Assembly: GCF_009914755.1 (NCBI RefSeq)
Contig: NC_060928.1
Source: the human T2T-CHM13v2.0 reference genome, Homo sapiens
Length of the DNA: 64,000 nt
Strand: one strand, 5' to 3'
Below are positions 43,902-58,148 of the stretch, one piece after another; the first letter of the stretch is position 1; each line of letters begins with the position of its first letter. The translations under genes and the position numbers were made by a program. A model generated the notes under the pieces. That model saw only the letters and a program-made list of their open reading frames with translations, did not search any database and was not told the DNA's origin.

Positions 43902-46569
43902 CAAGACACACTCCTAATCTCTTAGAGGGTGGGGCAGATTTATTAGAAAGTTCCTGTCTGATCTGTGCCACCTAAATTGAGGAAGGCTGGGGAAGTCTGG
44001 TTTTAATCCCCAGTCGTGGTGATAGGTGTTGATCTCTGTCTAACAGGTTCTTGGAGAAAACATGACTCCCTCTTGAAAACGAGTGATGAAGCTGAGAACA
44101 TCTAGGGGATCAGATTATAGTCTGCTGAGCTTGAGTCCTTTCTGGATCCCTATAAATATAAGGTGGAAGGTCTGAGGGAAATATGGTCTTAGCTCTAGAG
44201 TGTAGTTTCATGAGGAATGAATTTTCTCTGGGAATATTTGTCTATCATTAGACTCTTGCATACTAGTACACGTTCTTTTATGATCTACTTTATCCTAATC
44301 TGTTATTCAAAGTATATACTAACTTCTTAATTTCAATGACTACATATCTTATTTCTAGACATTCCACTAGGTACTTTTCCAAATCTTTTTATTTTTTCAG
44401 AATGAGTTTTATTTTCATTATAGCTTATATTTCTTTTTCATATCTTTGGGATTTTTTAATTAGTTTTTGGGCACTGTCCAAAAACTAATTATTCTATTAT
44501 TTAAGTTGTTGGGGTGACTGAGTGCCAATTCTATCTGTTTTGTCTGCCACTGACTTTCTTGAGAGTATATCGATCCCATTTTTTTCTTAATTTTTAATTG
44601 TGGCTTATTAGCAGCTGTTTTTAGTGCAAACGTGTATTTGGGAGCTAGGGAAGCATATTGGACCTGAGAAAAATTAGTTGTTTCATGTCATTTTCCTGTG
44701 GGATTCACAGGTGACCTGACAGGCATTGTCCTTGAGCAGCATTTTACATTTTTTTCTACAGGGCATCTCAGAAGACCTTGGGCTTGGTCCTGTTTCCTTA
44801 ATGGTGCTACTTTTTAGGCTTAGGATTCCCCAAGATATTCTAAGTTCTGAATCCACCATACCTTGTAGTTCAGGCTTGTTTTCAGTGGCTTATGTCTTCA
44901 GCTTAGAATGGAGAAGATATACTTCCCCGGCACTGTCCTGAAGCTGTAAGAAGTGCTTCGGTAGTTCTTTATTCTGTAGTCCCTACATGGTATTACTTGC
45001 AATGTTCTGGATCAATATGAGGATTTCAATTCCACTGCTTACCCTTCCAGACCACAGACAAGCCTACAGTCCTTGTGTAGGCATCAAAGGTCTAAGCTGT
45101 ATAAACAAATGTCAACATCTGAGCCACCCTTCCTATGGGTTCCTGCACTGCCTTTTCTACCCACAGCTTCCCTCTTTATTTCAAGCAATTGGTGCTTCTT
45201 TTACTTTATAAATACAGCTACAAACTTACTGTTTTATATTTGTAGGTGTGCACAAACACACATATACACACACACACATTTTTTTTTTTCTTTTAACTGA
45301 GAAAGTGAAAAGTAGCTCAATTTGCCAACTTGGTGAAATTAGAATTTCTCCCCACTTCTTTGTTCATTTTTAATTGTTTTTCCCTTTTTGAATGTAGGTG
45401 GCAAAGAATGATTTGTTTAAACATATTAAACATAATGAAAGCCTGCCTTTTATTACTTAATGATTTTTTTACCTACTTTGTGTTTTTTTGATTTCATTAA
45501 TGTTGTTTCAATGATTTCTAACCCCTTAAAGAGTGTTCTTGTATGCAAGTGTTTTCAAGATAATATTTTTGAACAAAGTCAATATTTCCACTATGGGAAA
45601 TACCAACATAATGTCTCATTATTTGATAATTATATGAACACTCAATAAATCTCTACATGAAACATAATTAGAACACTTTTTTTTTACACATTCTCAGGAA
45701 ACATACTTTTTAAGCAATTAGATTTTATTAGATTTCTTAGGAAATGAACGATTATTTAAAACTAGTCAGAATATTTTTTTCAAAGAGTAAAATTAAGGAA
45801 ACTCTTATGGGGAAAATGATTGTATTATTAAGTATAATAACAAAATAGTCTCTGTTCCTTAATTATATCAATTCAATTTGCTAATGATATTAATATTATT
45901 AGCCTGTATCAGAATAGATATAATGCAAAACAATGTTAAATCTTATTGAAAGTAAATGGCAATGATACAAAGCCCTCCTTAAAAAGAGAATTATCTGTGT
46001 AATAGCCAGCATGAAAATGATATGCTTTGGGTATTTTTTTTAAATTCCCAATAATAATTGATTTGTTAAAGTTGCATTTGATTTTGAAAAGTAGGATATA
46101 TGTAAATTTTTAACTCACTAATTTGAGTGGATTATAAAAATATTTGACATAGATTTTTATATTTAGAGTCCTCTAACAAATTGTGCAAAACTAAACCAAT
46201 ATAAGCTTTAAAAAAATTATTTGACTACTAAGACCAGAGTCAGAAATCAATGTGATAACGTAGAATAGAATATTACAAATCAGAATATATGAGGGAAGTA
46301 GCATGGGGAGAGGAAAAATAGCACAGTACCTTAAAAACTTATTTGAATATGGCATATCATTTAAAAAGGACACTATAATTTAAAAAAAAAACCCACATGT
46401 GACAATGGAAATGTACAATCAATCAACAAGGAACTCCAATTTGGTAATACTGTGGTAAACGTATATCTCTTTATGAAGACTATGGAGATTATAAACTGTA
46501 ACCATCAACACCATCATTTTCTCACTATTGTATTCATTATCATTGTCATTAATGAAAGAGGAGGAATTT

Positions 46570-46785
46570 GGACTAGAAAGAGCACTGCACACACTCATCT
46601 CCCAAAATCCCACTTCAGGTTCTGGTTCTACTCACTTATTAACTATGTGATGTTGGATTAGGCCCATACAGCCTTAGCATTCTTTGCTTTCTAAAAATGA
46701 GTGATAATAATGCCTGTCTTGCTAAATTCACCATGTTATAAGAATTTTTTAAATGCATATTATTATAAAAATGTGCTTTGAAAAC
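46570..46785 (+). mobile_element. MIR (MIRb/c-like)
   Basis: tagaaagagcactgcac...cacttattaactatgtgatgttgg...ctaaaaatgagtgataataatgcctg..gtgctttgaaaac. Confidence 0.65.
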
Positions 46786-47366
46786 ATGATATGTTTTTAT
46801 TTAAAAAATAATAAAAAACAGTAGGAATAGAGTTTCCTTAGTATGCCTAAACTGATTTTTATGCTGGAACAACTGCAGAGGATAAAATTTCTTCATTTTA
46901 CAATGGATCTAAAATGTAACCCCACTTTTTACTAGTTTAAACACAATCTTGGTTCTTTTTGACTATAAATATAAAGCAGGCTCATTTGGCGTATGCATTA
47001 TTTCATCACTATATATAAAGGCATTCTTTGGACAAAGCTATATTATTCGCTTCATTTGTAGCAGCAAACTTTTTATAACTATGCATATTTGGCTTATTTG
47101 TCTCCCAGCTGGAGTATTCATTATGCACGTTTTTCAGAAAATGTTCATGAGTGGCATAATTTCTGTCTTTGCATATATAATAATCGAATGCTGGTGGTTT
47201 GTCTATGATGTGCAATATTTGTGTATATGTACTCATTGAATAAATAAATGCCTAATAATTATAAGAAATATAGAAGGGTTGTTTCTACTTACTTCCAGTC
47301 TTGGTTACTGTGGTTGGATTATCTTGCTTCCATACCTTTCTTCCATTAAAAAGAACTTTCCAGAGT

Positions 47367-47544
47367 TATGCTGTCCAATGTATGTGGCTATTAATTAGAT
47401 TTAGATAACACTAAACATTTAATTCTTCAATTACATTAGCTACATTTTAATTACTCAATAGCCACATGTAGTCATAGGCTACCATACTGGGCAGTGTAAA
47501 TATAGAATATTTGCAGTAATGGAAAGATCCATTGAACAGCGTTG
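47367..47544 (+). mobile_element. MER3 (hAT-Charlie)
   Basis: gctgtccaat..atgtggctatt...ctcaatagccacatgt..ggctaccatactgggcagtg..tatagaatattt..cattgaacagcgttg. Confidence 0.8.
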
Positions 47545-48719
47545 TTCTAAAGTGTCTGTCTTTGTCCAGATATCTTTTTTATAGGTATAAATTTTGAACT
47601 TGATCCAGCGGATTTTACTTTTACAAAGTTTAGACCCTTTAACTTATTCTAGGCATCCTTTTAAGCCTCTATAATTAAGTTAATATCTTTCTCTTAGTGA
47701 ATATTAGCTACCCAATAATTTTTTTATTCTTCAGTTGTTCTTCTGATCCATAATTCATTCATTCACCATTCCATTATTCACCAAACACTTATCTTTGGAT
47801 TCAGGGTACTGGGTAGAACAAAGTAAATTACTTGGGAATTTCAAGACAATGAAGATAGAAAAAGATACTACCTTAGACCAATCTAAAACTATATAAGATA
47901 AATTGTAAATTTGTAAGTTCTGGTCAGTCAAGTTTCAGATCCATTAAGATTATAAAGCTGCACTGCTTTGATTCACTATGGTCACATTTATGGTATCTAC
48001 ATCTTGTTTTTTTTCATAATAAAGTTTACATTAGTTTATTCTGGATTTTTTATAGTTTTCTTTGCTTGCAAAATATACTTTCAAGTGAGGGTCATTAAAT
48101 TTCAATTTACTGATATATATATAGGAATTACTGCCAAAATCAATGATATGTTTACCCCCTGGAAGAACCAGAGAGCACATATTGTGATGCTTTGAGTAAA
48201 GAATAATTTTCAGCACAATTTAAGAGGACTGAAATATAAAAGCAAATGTACTTTCAACCACAGATGTACACTAAAACTAAATTCCTGCAAAGCCATACAA
48301 ATAGAATACAAATAAAAGTTGTAGTCTAGCCAGTTATTTGGCACAATGAAATCAAAACAAAGATTTTTTAACTTGTGTTTTTTCTTTTCTTTATTTTCAT
48401 GAAGACAGCCTGTTCCATACTGAAATAAAATGAGAGTAATTAGAAAGCTACCACTTTACTAATTTCATATATTTACCATACAGAGAGGTTGTGGTTATCA
48501 ATTTAGTCAACAACAAATTTCAGTTGTAATGATTTTACCAAAAGAGAAAACCGGGCATGCTGATAGATTAACAACAAATATCAGTAAATTTGGACCAGAA
48601 AAAAAGAAGAGTTCAATCTTTGAATCAATCAGAATGAAGTTTCAAGTGATATTTAATGTTAGAACCGAGGTCCTGCTGTTTCAGAAAATAAATTGCAAAT
48701 TGTAATGAAAATAACTAAG

Positions 48720-48815
48720 TCTGTCTCTCTCTATCCCTCCCTCTCTCTCCCTCTCGCTCCCTTTCTCTCTCTCTCTCTGTCTCTCTCTCCCTGCCCATTC
48801 CCTGTTTCTCTCTTC
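48720..48815. repeat. CT-rich simple repeat
   Basis: ctgtctctctctatccctccctctctctccctctcgctccctttctctctctctctctgtctctctctcc. Confidence 0.85.
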
Positions 48816-49305
48816 CAAGTTACTTTCTCAGAATCACAGAGGAAGGCTTAGAATGGGTAAATTGCCCCAGAGCAATTTGAATACTCCCAAATGGCCATAA
48901 CTAGAGTTACCATTAAATCAAATAGAGTTGTGAGCACTAAGTGAAAATGCTATCCACAGAGGCCATAGGTTCCAAACAATAATGGGTTAGAACTAGTGTG
49001 TTATCTGAACACAAAGGTCAAGAATTTGGAAGTATGAGGAAATGCCTGTCAGTTTTATACATTTATTCTTGTCTTAATGTTTTTATTTCTTATTGTCTGA
49101 CAATTATACTTGGTTTTAACTGTATAAAATAATCATGGAATAAAGATGCAAGTTTACACACAGGGAAATATACTCTTGGGATTCAATGTAATCGAGATTT
49201 CTAGGGTTGTTTCTAAAAAGGGATATTTATGTGAATCATAATCTTGGATCTTTATGGCAGATCACATATCACTGAAGGATAAAAACTACATTAGAAAAAG
49301 TCACA

Positions 49306-49539
49306 CACTGTTTCTCAACAGACACACCATTGGCATTTAGGGCATAACAGTTCTTTATTTTGCGAGACTCTCAGATGCATTGCAGGATATTTGACATTCT
49401 TGCTACTAAATAGCAGCAGTGTTCCACAGTCATTCAACGACAAAAAAAAAAAAATGTCCCTCTCAACACATACACCATATTTCCATATGTTCCCTGGAGC
49501 AGGAAGGTGGGCTGGTTTCACCTCCACTAAAAACAACTA
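49306..49539 (+). mobile_element. MER117/MER20-like hAT MITE
   Basis: gtttctcaac..accattggcatttagggc..cagttcttt..gcattgcaggatatttgacat..ctaaat..cagtcatt. Confidence 0.65.
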
Positions 49540-49670
49540 GGAAAAATTATAGAAGGGGAGAAAGCCCTACCTACCTGAAGGTATTAAGAGAGGTGTGAGA
49601 GTGAAAATTCAAAGGTGTTGGTTTATAGGTAATAAATAAGAAGTAGATAACTATTTTACATCAGTATTCT

Positions 49671-50000
49671 GTTTTTTTTGTTGTTGTTGCTGTTGTTTTG
49701 TTTGTTTGTTTTGAAAAGGAGTCTCGCTTTGTCGCCTAGGCTGGAGTGCAGTGGCACGCTCTCTACTCATGGCAACCTCTGCCTCCTGGGTTCAAGCGAT
49801 TCTCGTGCCTCAGCATCCTCAGTGGCTGGGATTACAGGCACCCGCCACCATGTCCGGCTAATGTTTTGTATTTTTAGTAGAGACAGGGTTTGGTGAAACC
49901 CCATTAGTCAGGATGGTCTCGAACTCCTGATCTCAAGTGATCCACCCGCCTCAGCCTCCCAAAATGTTGGGATTACAGGCGTGAGCCCCGGCACCCAGCT
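49671..50000 (-). mobile_element. AluS, full length
   Basis: (TTG/TTTG) tail, gagtctcgctttgtcgcctaggctggag...gtgagccccggcacccagc; TSD ta(c/g)atcagtattct at 49657-49670 and 50001-50014. Confidence 0.95.
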
Positions 50001-52604
50001 TAGATCAGTATTCTTAAAGCCATTTTTCCTCTATGATTTCTTCACTCGCCTGATGTTCCAGCAATTGCTTCTTGGTATTATTTATTTATCTATTTAGTGG
50101 CTTGGTTAGATATTTAGTTACAAAAGCACACTTCTTGCAAGAAAAATAAAGAAGCCAAACACATAGAGGTTTATATGCAGTAAAAGTTGAAGTCCTCTCA
50201 CTTAACTACCTCTTTTTTTCTACCTTCAAGCAACATTTTCTTTACTTGATTTTAAATGACCTTAATAACAATTTATGGGTTTATATTTTAAGCTTCGGTT
50301 CTCTCTGCAAGGATAAATCTGTCTACATGGAAGTACAAAAGGTGTTACTGGTTCCATCATTAGATTAGATAGTACTGGGAAAAGTAACATTTCAAGGAGG
50401 TAATGATCTCATTTGTTACGACGCTTCCTTCTCCTCCTGAGGCCTTCTAACCTCAAACATGACCTCTCCAGTTTGGGAAAATTGTGTTGTGCAGACACAG
50501 TCCAAACCAACAAGCATTTTTAGTTCTCTAGATTTGTGGTAGGCATATGCAACGTGTAAGGTAGTGAGTGACAGCTCTCAAAATGCTCAGTTTCAGGTAA
50601 ATAGACCAACCTTAATAAAACATGACAACTGCTATACCTGTATGATTGCTGCTGCCACCCCCATTCCTAATCAAGTCTACTCTGGCCCAAGTGTCAACTT
50701 CTCAGTGCTCTATGGCTCAACAGGATAATCTGATTCAAATCACGAAAGCTCCAAGTGTATCATAGATCAAAAGTTCAATATCAGTTATTTCATTACCGAG
50801 GAAAACATGATCCAGAGTAATGGTGACATGCACATTCTGTCAGTAAGCTTATTCATGATTAATGTTTTTGAAAAAGGGTTAAACAGCATCCAGGCAACGT
50901 ACGTACATTTGGCAATGGCTTTCAGAATACTGTGTATTTGATTTCTGTGTGTGTGTTTGTATTTTTAATTGTTTACTCATTTATTTTCTATAAAGATGCT
51001 GGGTCTTGGTGAGATAAGGAGAAAATACAGTGCAGAATTACTGGGAGTGAAAGTGAAGTAAAACATGATCAGTCAAAGGTGAGAATTTGGACAGAGGTTT
51101 CTTTAATTATACTGCAAAAGCATTTCATCCTTGTATGGACCCAGCTCTGGCCTCAGTTTATCTAATTATTTTTTCCTCTCTAGCATCTTTAACTTAAAAT
51201 ATGATAATTTTCATGTAAATACATTTTATTATGCATTTTCTAAAACTCCATAAGTTTAGAGTGTATCGTACTGCTGTACATCTGATATCCTCACTTCATT
51301 ACAGATAATCTGTATAAGATAGTACACTATAGATCTATTAAAAAAAATTAAGTCATTTATACTATTATTAACTCACTAATGACATAAATGATTAAATCTT
51401 ATACAGATTAATGGACTCCTTTTTCTTCCAAACAGCAGCCTTCTCCTTAAAACACTGAGTAACATACTGTGCACAATAGTGTACTTTTCATTATGATAAA
51501 ATACTTCCTACTAAAAGGCCCTCTAGTAGAAAATCGGACAATATGACTTCTCTTGTTTCATCTTTATTTTTTCAAATGTCATCAGGAAAAATGGGTAAGT
51601 GAATATTTTCATTGAAACACATAACAATATTTAGCAAAATCTCAAAGCTGTATATGGTCTGGTGTTTTATATAACTTTGGCATCCTATTCAACTAAACCA
51701 CAAATGGGATATATGGAAGTTATTTCTTATATCCTTAAGCATTTATTTTCTTCTTGTTAATGGAATGTCTCATGTCAGAGGCTCTATAGGGAAAATGAAA
51801 CATTATTTTCAAATAGGATTAAACAATTATATAACTCATTGTTTTGGGGATATAGGAACAGAAGTCTCTCCTGATAGGACTTAGTGCTTATTAAATATAA
51901 GTTGATAATGATGATTAATATAGGCTGCAATGGGGACTAAGCTCTATCATTGCTACATTGTTCGCCTATGCACACTGTGGGAAAAGGTTATAACACTATG
52001 GATATGCCAGAAATGTGAGCAAATGTTGATTTACATGGCACACAAAAAGTAGGAAGATTTGAAAAATTCTACTAGTGATCATCACTCACTGTGGATATAC
52101 TGTCAGTATGCTAATATTTTGGCCCCAAGATGAAAACTTTACAGTTAAGTGAGTAGAGGCAATATATCAGAACCTATATGTGAGTGATAAGTTGCTAATG
52201 GTTAGTGATGCATATTTCAAGGATTATAAATCTATATTTTTTATTGCTGGCATATGCTAAAGTTGTATGGAGAAATGCATTATGATTCAGCTTAAAAAAA
52301 GACACATAATCCAAGTGTCAGTTTGGAGCTAGTAAGTCTAATATGCTCCTTGTCCCACTATTTGAGCAAATAACCTTGCTCTTATTTTAATGATGTTATT
52401 TGAATAATGAAACAGTAACTTTCTCACTTATTTCCATTAAATCTCCAGCTCATTTGCATTTATATACTCTGCCTCCTTCTAATTACAATTGCAGGACATC
52501 TTGTCATTCCTACAAGACGTTAGCCTTTCCTGCTCTGGATTCCATCCACTCCTGCTTCTAAAGGATTTTGCTCATTGATTAACGCCTACCTCCTTTTCTC
52601 AAGG

Positions 52605-54587
52605 TTTATTTAATTTATGTTTTAATATTTTCTTTATTTATTGGTAAATTTCAGTAGCTTTTGGGGCACAAGTGTTTTTTTTTTTTTTTGTCACATGGAT
52701 AAATTATATAGTGGTGAATTCTGAGATTTTAGTCCACCCATCACTTGAGTAGTGTACATTGTACCTAATGTGTAGATTTTTATCCCTGGCACCGGTCCCT
52801 GCCTCCCTCTTCTGAGTCTCTGAAGTCCATTATATCTATCTGTATGCTTTTGCATGCCCATAGCTTAGCTCCCACTTCCAAGTGAGAGCATATGATTTTT
52901 TCTTTTCCACTCCGGTTACTTTACTTAGAATAATGTCCTACAGCTCCATCTAAGTTTCTGCAAAAGACATTATGTCATTCCTTTTAATGGCTGAGTAGTA
53001 TTCCATGGTGTATATATACCACATTTTCTTTATCCAGTCATTAGTCCACGGACACTTACGTTGGTTCCACAGATTTGCAATTGTAAATTGTGTTGCTATA
53101 AAAATACGTGTGCAAGTGAGTGTCTTTTTCATATAATGACTTCTTTTCCTTTGGGTAGGTACCCAGTAGTGGGATTGCTGGATCCAATGGTAGATCTACT
53201 TTTAGCTCTTTAAGAAATCCCATACTGTTTTCTATAGAGGTTGCACTAATTTACATTCCCAGTAGCAGTATATAAGTGTTCCCTTTTCCTTACACCCACT
53301 CCAACATCCATTTTTTTTAACTTTTTACTAATAGCCATTCTTGCAGGAATAAGGTGGTATGTCATTGTGGTTTTAATTTGCATTTCTCTGATGATTAGTG
53401 ATGGTGAGCATTTTTTCATGTTTCTTGAACATTTGTGTATCTTCTACTCATGTCCATTCCCCACTTTTTAATGGGAATATTTTTTGTGTGTGTGGTAATT
53501 TGTTTGAGTTCCTTATAGATCTGGACACTAGTCCTTTGTCAGGTGTGTAGTTTGCAAATATTTTTTCCCATTCTGTGGGTTGCCTGTTTATTGTTTATTT
53601 ATTTTGCTATGCAGGAGCTTTTTAGTTTAATTTGGTCCCTATTATTTATTTTTATTTTTGTTGCATTTGCTTTTGGGGTCTTACTCATGAATTCTTTGCC
53701 TAGGCTGGCATCTGGAAAAGTTTTCCAACATTGTTTTCCAACACAGAAATTTTATGGTTTCAGGTTTTATATTTAAGTCTTTGATCCATCTTGAGTCAAT
53801 TTTTGTATATGGTGAGAAATAGGGATCCAGTTTTATTCTTCTACATGTGGCTTGCCAGTTTTCCCAGCATCATTTATTAAACAGGGTGTTTTGTACACTT
53901 TGTTGAATATCAGCTGGCTGTAAAGACTTAGCTTTATTTCTGGGTTCTCTACTCTGTTCCATTGGTCTATATGCCTAGTTTTATATCAGTACCACGCTGT
54001 TTTGAAAACTACAGCCTTGTAGTATAATTTAAAGTCTGGTAACGTGATGTCTCCAGATTTGTTTCTTTTGCTTATAATTTCTTTGGCTATTCAGGCTCTT
54101 TTCTAGTTCCTTATGAATTTTAGGATTTTTTTTCTAATTTTCTGAAAACTGGTGTTGGTATTTTATGGGAATTGCATTGAATCTGTAGATTGCTTTGGAC
54201 AGCATGGTCATTTTCACTATATTAGTTCTTCAAATCTGTGAGCATGGGATGTGTTTCCAATGGTTTGTGTCATCTATGATCTCATTCAGCAGTATTTTGT
54301 AGTTCTTCTTGTAGAGATCTTTCACTTCCTCGGTTAGGTATATTCCTAGGTTTTTTTGGTTTTGGTTTTGTAGCTGCTGTAAAAGGGATTGAGTTCTTGA
54401 TTTGATTCTCAGCTTGGTTGTTGTTGGTATATAGCAGTGCTATTGATTTGTGTACATTGATTTTGTAACCTAAGACTTTATTGAATTCATTTTTCAAATC
54501 TGAGTGTCTTTTGGAGGAGTCCTTAGGATTTTTAAGGAATACAATCGTATCATCTGCAAACAGCAATCGTTTGACTTCCTCTTTTCC
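52605..54587 (-). mobile_element. 5'-truncated L1PB (PB1-like)
   Basis: tagcttttggggcacaagtg..cacatggataaattatatagtggtgaattctgagattttagt; ORFs 52950-53132 and 54282-54566 (LFADD RT motif). Confidence 0.92.
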
Positions 54588-55122
54588 TACATGATTCTAC
54601 ATCTAATAGAATCATGTATTAAATATCCAATTAAAAAGTAAGTAAAACTCTAAATTCTCACTTTTTATTCCATCTATTGCTGAACTCCTCTGATCCCCTT
54701 CCCAGTTAAACCACTTGAAAGAATAATCTACAATCATATCTTCACTTTCTCATCACTTTCATTTTTTTCCTAAAATCTTTCCAAAATGACCCCACATTCC
54801 ACTCCTTGAGGAAGCTGCTACTATCACAAGAGATTTGCTAAATGTAATAATTAGCAAAACTTGTCTCTTTACTTTCTTGATCCTTCAACACCATTCAGTA
54901 CAGTTGACATGTGTGGAAACAGTATTTTTTCTTGACTTCGGTCCTACCATTTTCCTGTTTTGTTTTTCTTTTATCTCTTCCATTTTTGCTTTTCTCCCAT
55001 AAACTTTTTTGCTATTTTCTTCCATTTGACACGTAAGTGCCCTAAGGTGCAGTTCTAAGTTCCCGTCTCTTCAAGCAAATTTTTTTTTCTAAATAATTAA
55101 TTTCATCTAGAGCAACGGTTTT

Positions 55123-55429
55123 TTGTTTGTTTGTTTTTGTTTGTTTGTTTCAGATGGAGTCTCACTCTGTTTCCCAGGATGGAGTGCAGTGGCATGATCT
55201 CGGCTCACTGCAACCTCTGCCTTCTGGGTTCAAGCAATTCTCCTGCCTCAGTTCCTGAGTAGCTGGGATTACAGGCGCACACCACCAGGCCCAGCTAATT
55301 TTTGCATTTTTAGTAGAGACAAGGTTTTACCATGTTGGTCAGGCTAGTCTCCAACTCTTGACCTCGTGATCTGCCCACCTCAGCCTCCCAAAACGCTGGG
55401 ATTACAGGCGTGAGCCACTGTGCCCAGCC
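55123..55429 (-). mobile_element. AluS (Sg/Sc-like), full length
   Basis: gacctcgtgatctgccc (2-bp deletion typical of Sg/Sc/Y); TSD tagagcaa(c/t)ggtttt at 55108-55122 and 55430-55444. Confidence 0.95.
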
Positions 55430-58148
55430 TAGAGCAATGGTTTTAAATAATATCTATATATTCCCAAATCTATATCTCTATAGCTAAAGTCCACAGACTA
55501 ATAAACAGCTTCCGATATATCCTTTTCCTTGAGTGACAAATATCCATTATAGATTTAACAGGACCAAACAAAATACTTGATATTATTCTAAAACCTGTTC
55601 CTCATCCTGTCTTCTTTATCTTAGTAGATGCAAACATTACCTACCCAATTGTTCAAGCCAACACCAAAATGTCATTCTATATTCCCTTCTTTTCCTCACT
55701 GCGACATCCAGCCCACTATCAAATCCTGTGACATTCCTTCCAAAATGTATCCTGAAAATATAATTTCCCTTCACTCAATCTCTCCCCAGCAAATAGAGTG
55801 TTCTATTAAAAATGGAAACCATATCATATCTCCTTACTGCACTTTAGCTTAAATACTTCAGCAACTTCTAATCACGTACAATCTCTACATTATGCTTTAC
55901 ATCTTTGCATCTTACTTATAATAAACTTCTGATTCTGGTTTTAGAGTCTTCCTGATCTGGTACCTGTGTTTCACCTTGCACAATTTCTTTCTCTCTCTCC
56001 TTCACTCTCTGCTGTGAACACATTTATCCTCCTTCTGTTTCTTCTTCATATCTTAGCACATTGTAGAAGCATTCTCCTTTGCACAGAATGTTGTTCTCTC
56101 TTCCTGGAATATTCTTCCTCTTCAGCTTAAAATGTCTGCATTCTTGTCATTCAAGCCCAGAACTGCCTTGGTGGTTACACAGGCCATCCACAGTAATCAC
56201 ATTCAGTTCTTAGTTCAAATTTCATCCATGGAGACAAGCCTTCTAATCACTTAATTTAAAACAAAACCAAAACAACCATCAGCATAATCAGAGTAATTTA
56301 ATGACATTAGGGGAGGGAGAAAAAGTAGATGAATGTGTTCAACTTCTACCTGCTAATGTATGTTTTTAACAAACCCATTTATAAACTCATTTTAAAATTA
56401 CTGATATTTTTCCCACCAATCCCGGAGAATAACCTCTACAGGACCATGGAAGTTGACAATAGTGTGATCCACTCTATCATCACTCAATGCCAAACACATA
56501 AAGGCTTATTTGTTCAATAATAAAAAGTGAATGAATTAAGTTGAAAGAGTATGTAATTTGAAATAAAAGAATTAGAGTTCAAGTCCTAAGTCTTTTGGAT
56601 ACTATAATTTTAAGCAAATATTATTATTAGGTGAAACTTAATCTTATACATTAAACATGAGATCACTAACAAGTTTTGTGTTCCAAAAAAAAATTAAGAC
56701 TGAAACTGTTGCTATATAAATGAATTAGGGGGAAAATCAAATGGGAATCAGGATGCTTTTTAATTAAATAAAACTTTAATAACTAAACCTGACTCGTCTA
56801 CATATAACTCCTGAGTCCAGCATAGCCTGAGTTGAGAGAACAAAAATACAGCAACAGAAACCCCCATGGCATCCTGTTTGGATAACAGCAGCCATCTAAT
56901 ACACAAGTGTGACAAGAGACACTACATAGCTCCAGTTATTAGAACAAAAATACCAAGAAAGGTGGGTAAGAATTTTATGTAGAGGCAACTTGAGCACAGC
57001 CCACCAAAATGATAGCCAGTTTTGTTTTGTTGTGTTTTGTTTCACTTAGAAAACCACAGGGCACATAGAGCATGAAAGATGAGATGGGCCATAGAGGTTT
57101 TAAAAATGGAAAGCAAAGGATGCTTCCAAGATGGCTGAATAGGAACAGCTCCAGTCTGCAGCTCCCAGCGAGATCGACGCAGAAGACAGGTGATTTCTGC
57201 ATTTCCAACTGAGGTACCTGGTTCATCTCACTGGGACTCGTTGAACAGTGGGTGCAGCCCATGGAGGGTGAGCTGAATCAGGGCAGGGTGTCACCTCACC
57301 CGGGAAGCACAAGGGGTCAGGGGATTTCCCTTTCCTAGCCAAGGGAGCCTAGCCAGGGAGTGACTCTACCTGGAGGAGCAGTACACTTTTGCCCAAATAC
57401 TGTGCTTTTCCCATGGTCTTCACAACTGGCAGACCAGGAGATCCCCTCCCGTGCCTGGCTCAGCAGGTCCCACACCCACGGAGACTTGCTCACTGCTAGC
57501 ACAGCACTCTGAGCTCAATCTGGGACACAGGAGCTTGTTGGGGGGAGGGGCATCTGCCATTGCTGAGGCTTGAGTAGCTGGTTCTACGCTCACAGTGTAA
57601 ACAAAGTGGCAGGGAAGCTCGAACTGCAGCTCAGCAAGGCCTACTGCCTCTCTAGATTCCACCTGTGGGGGCAGGGCATATCTGAACAAAAGGCAGCAGA
57701 CAGCTTTTCCAGACTTAAACTTCCCTGCCTGACAGCTCTGAAGAGAGCAGTAGTTCTCCCAACACGGTGTTCGAGCTCCAATAATGGACAGACTGCCTCC
57801 TCAAGTGGGTCCCTTACCCTCGTGTAGCCTGACTGGGAGACATCTCCCAGTAGGGGCCGACAGACACCTCATAAAAGCAAGTGCCCCTCTGGGACGAAGC
57901 TTTCAGAGGAAGGATCAGGCCGTAATATTTGCTGTTCTGCAGCCTCTTCTGGTGATACCCAGGCAAACAGGATCTGGAGTGGGCCTCCAGCAAACTCCAA
58001 CAGACCTGCAGCTGAGAGGTCTGTCTGTTAGAAGGAAAACTAACAAACAGAAAGGAATAGCATCAACATCAACAAAAAGGACATCCACACCAAAACCCCA
58101 TACACAGGTCACCAACATCAAAGAACAAAGTTAGATAAAACCATAAAG

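Larger units (their letters stand above)
52410..56540 (+). mobile_element. Long L2 relic interrupted by L1PB and Alu
   Basis: gctctggattccatccactcctg; ccattcagtacagttgac; cccaaatctatatctc; atcaaatcctg; cctggaatattcttcc; terminal aatgccaaacacataaaggc..ttcaataataaaaagtgaatgaa. Confidence 0.7.

Noticed and set aside
44240-45230. Highly diverged L1M-like sequence
   Set aside because: Too degenerate to delimit or name reliably by eye.
57016-57045. Inverted similarity to 63306-63332 (gaaacaaaac...aaaac) around the L1
   Set aside because: Both are low-complexity (CAAAA)-type tracts; the match is likely coincidental.
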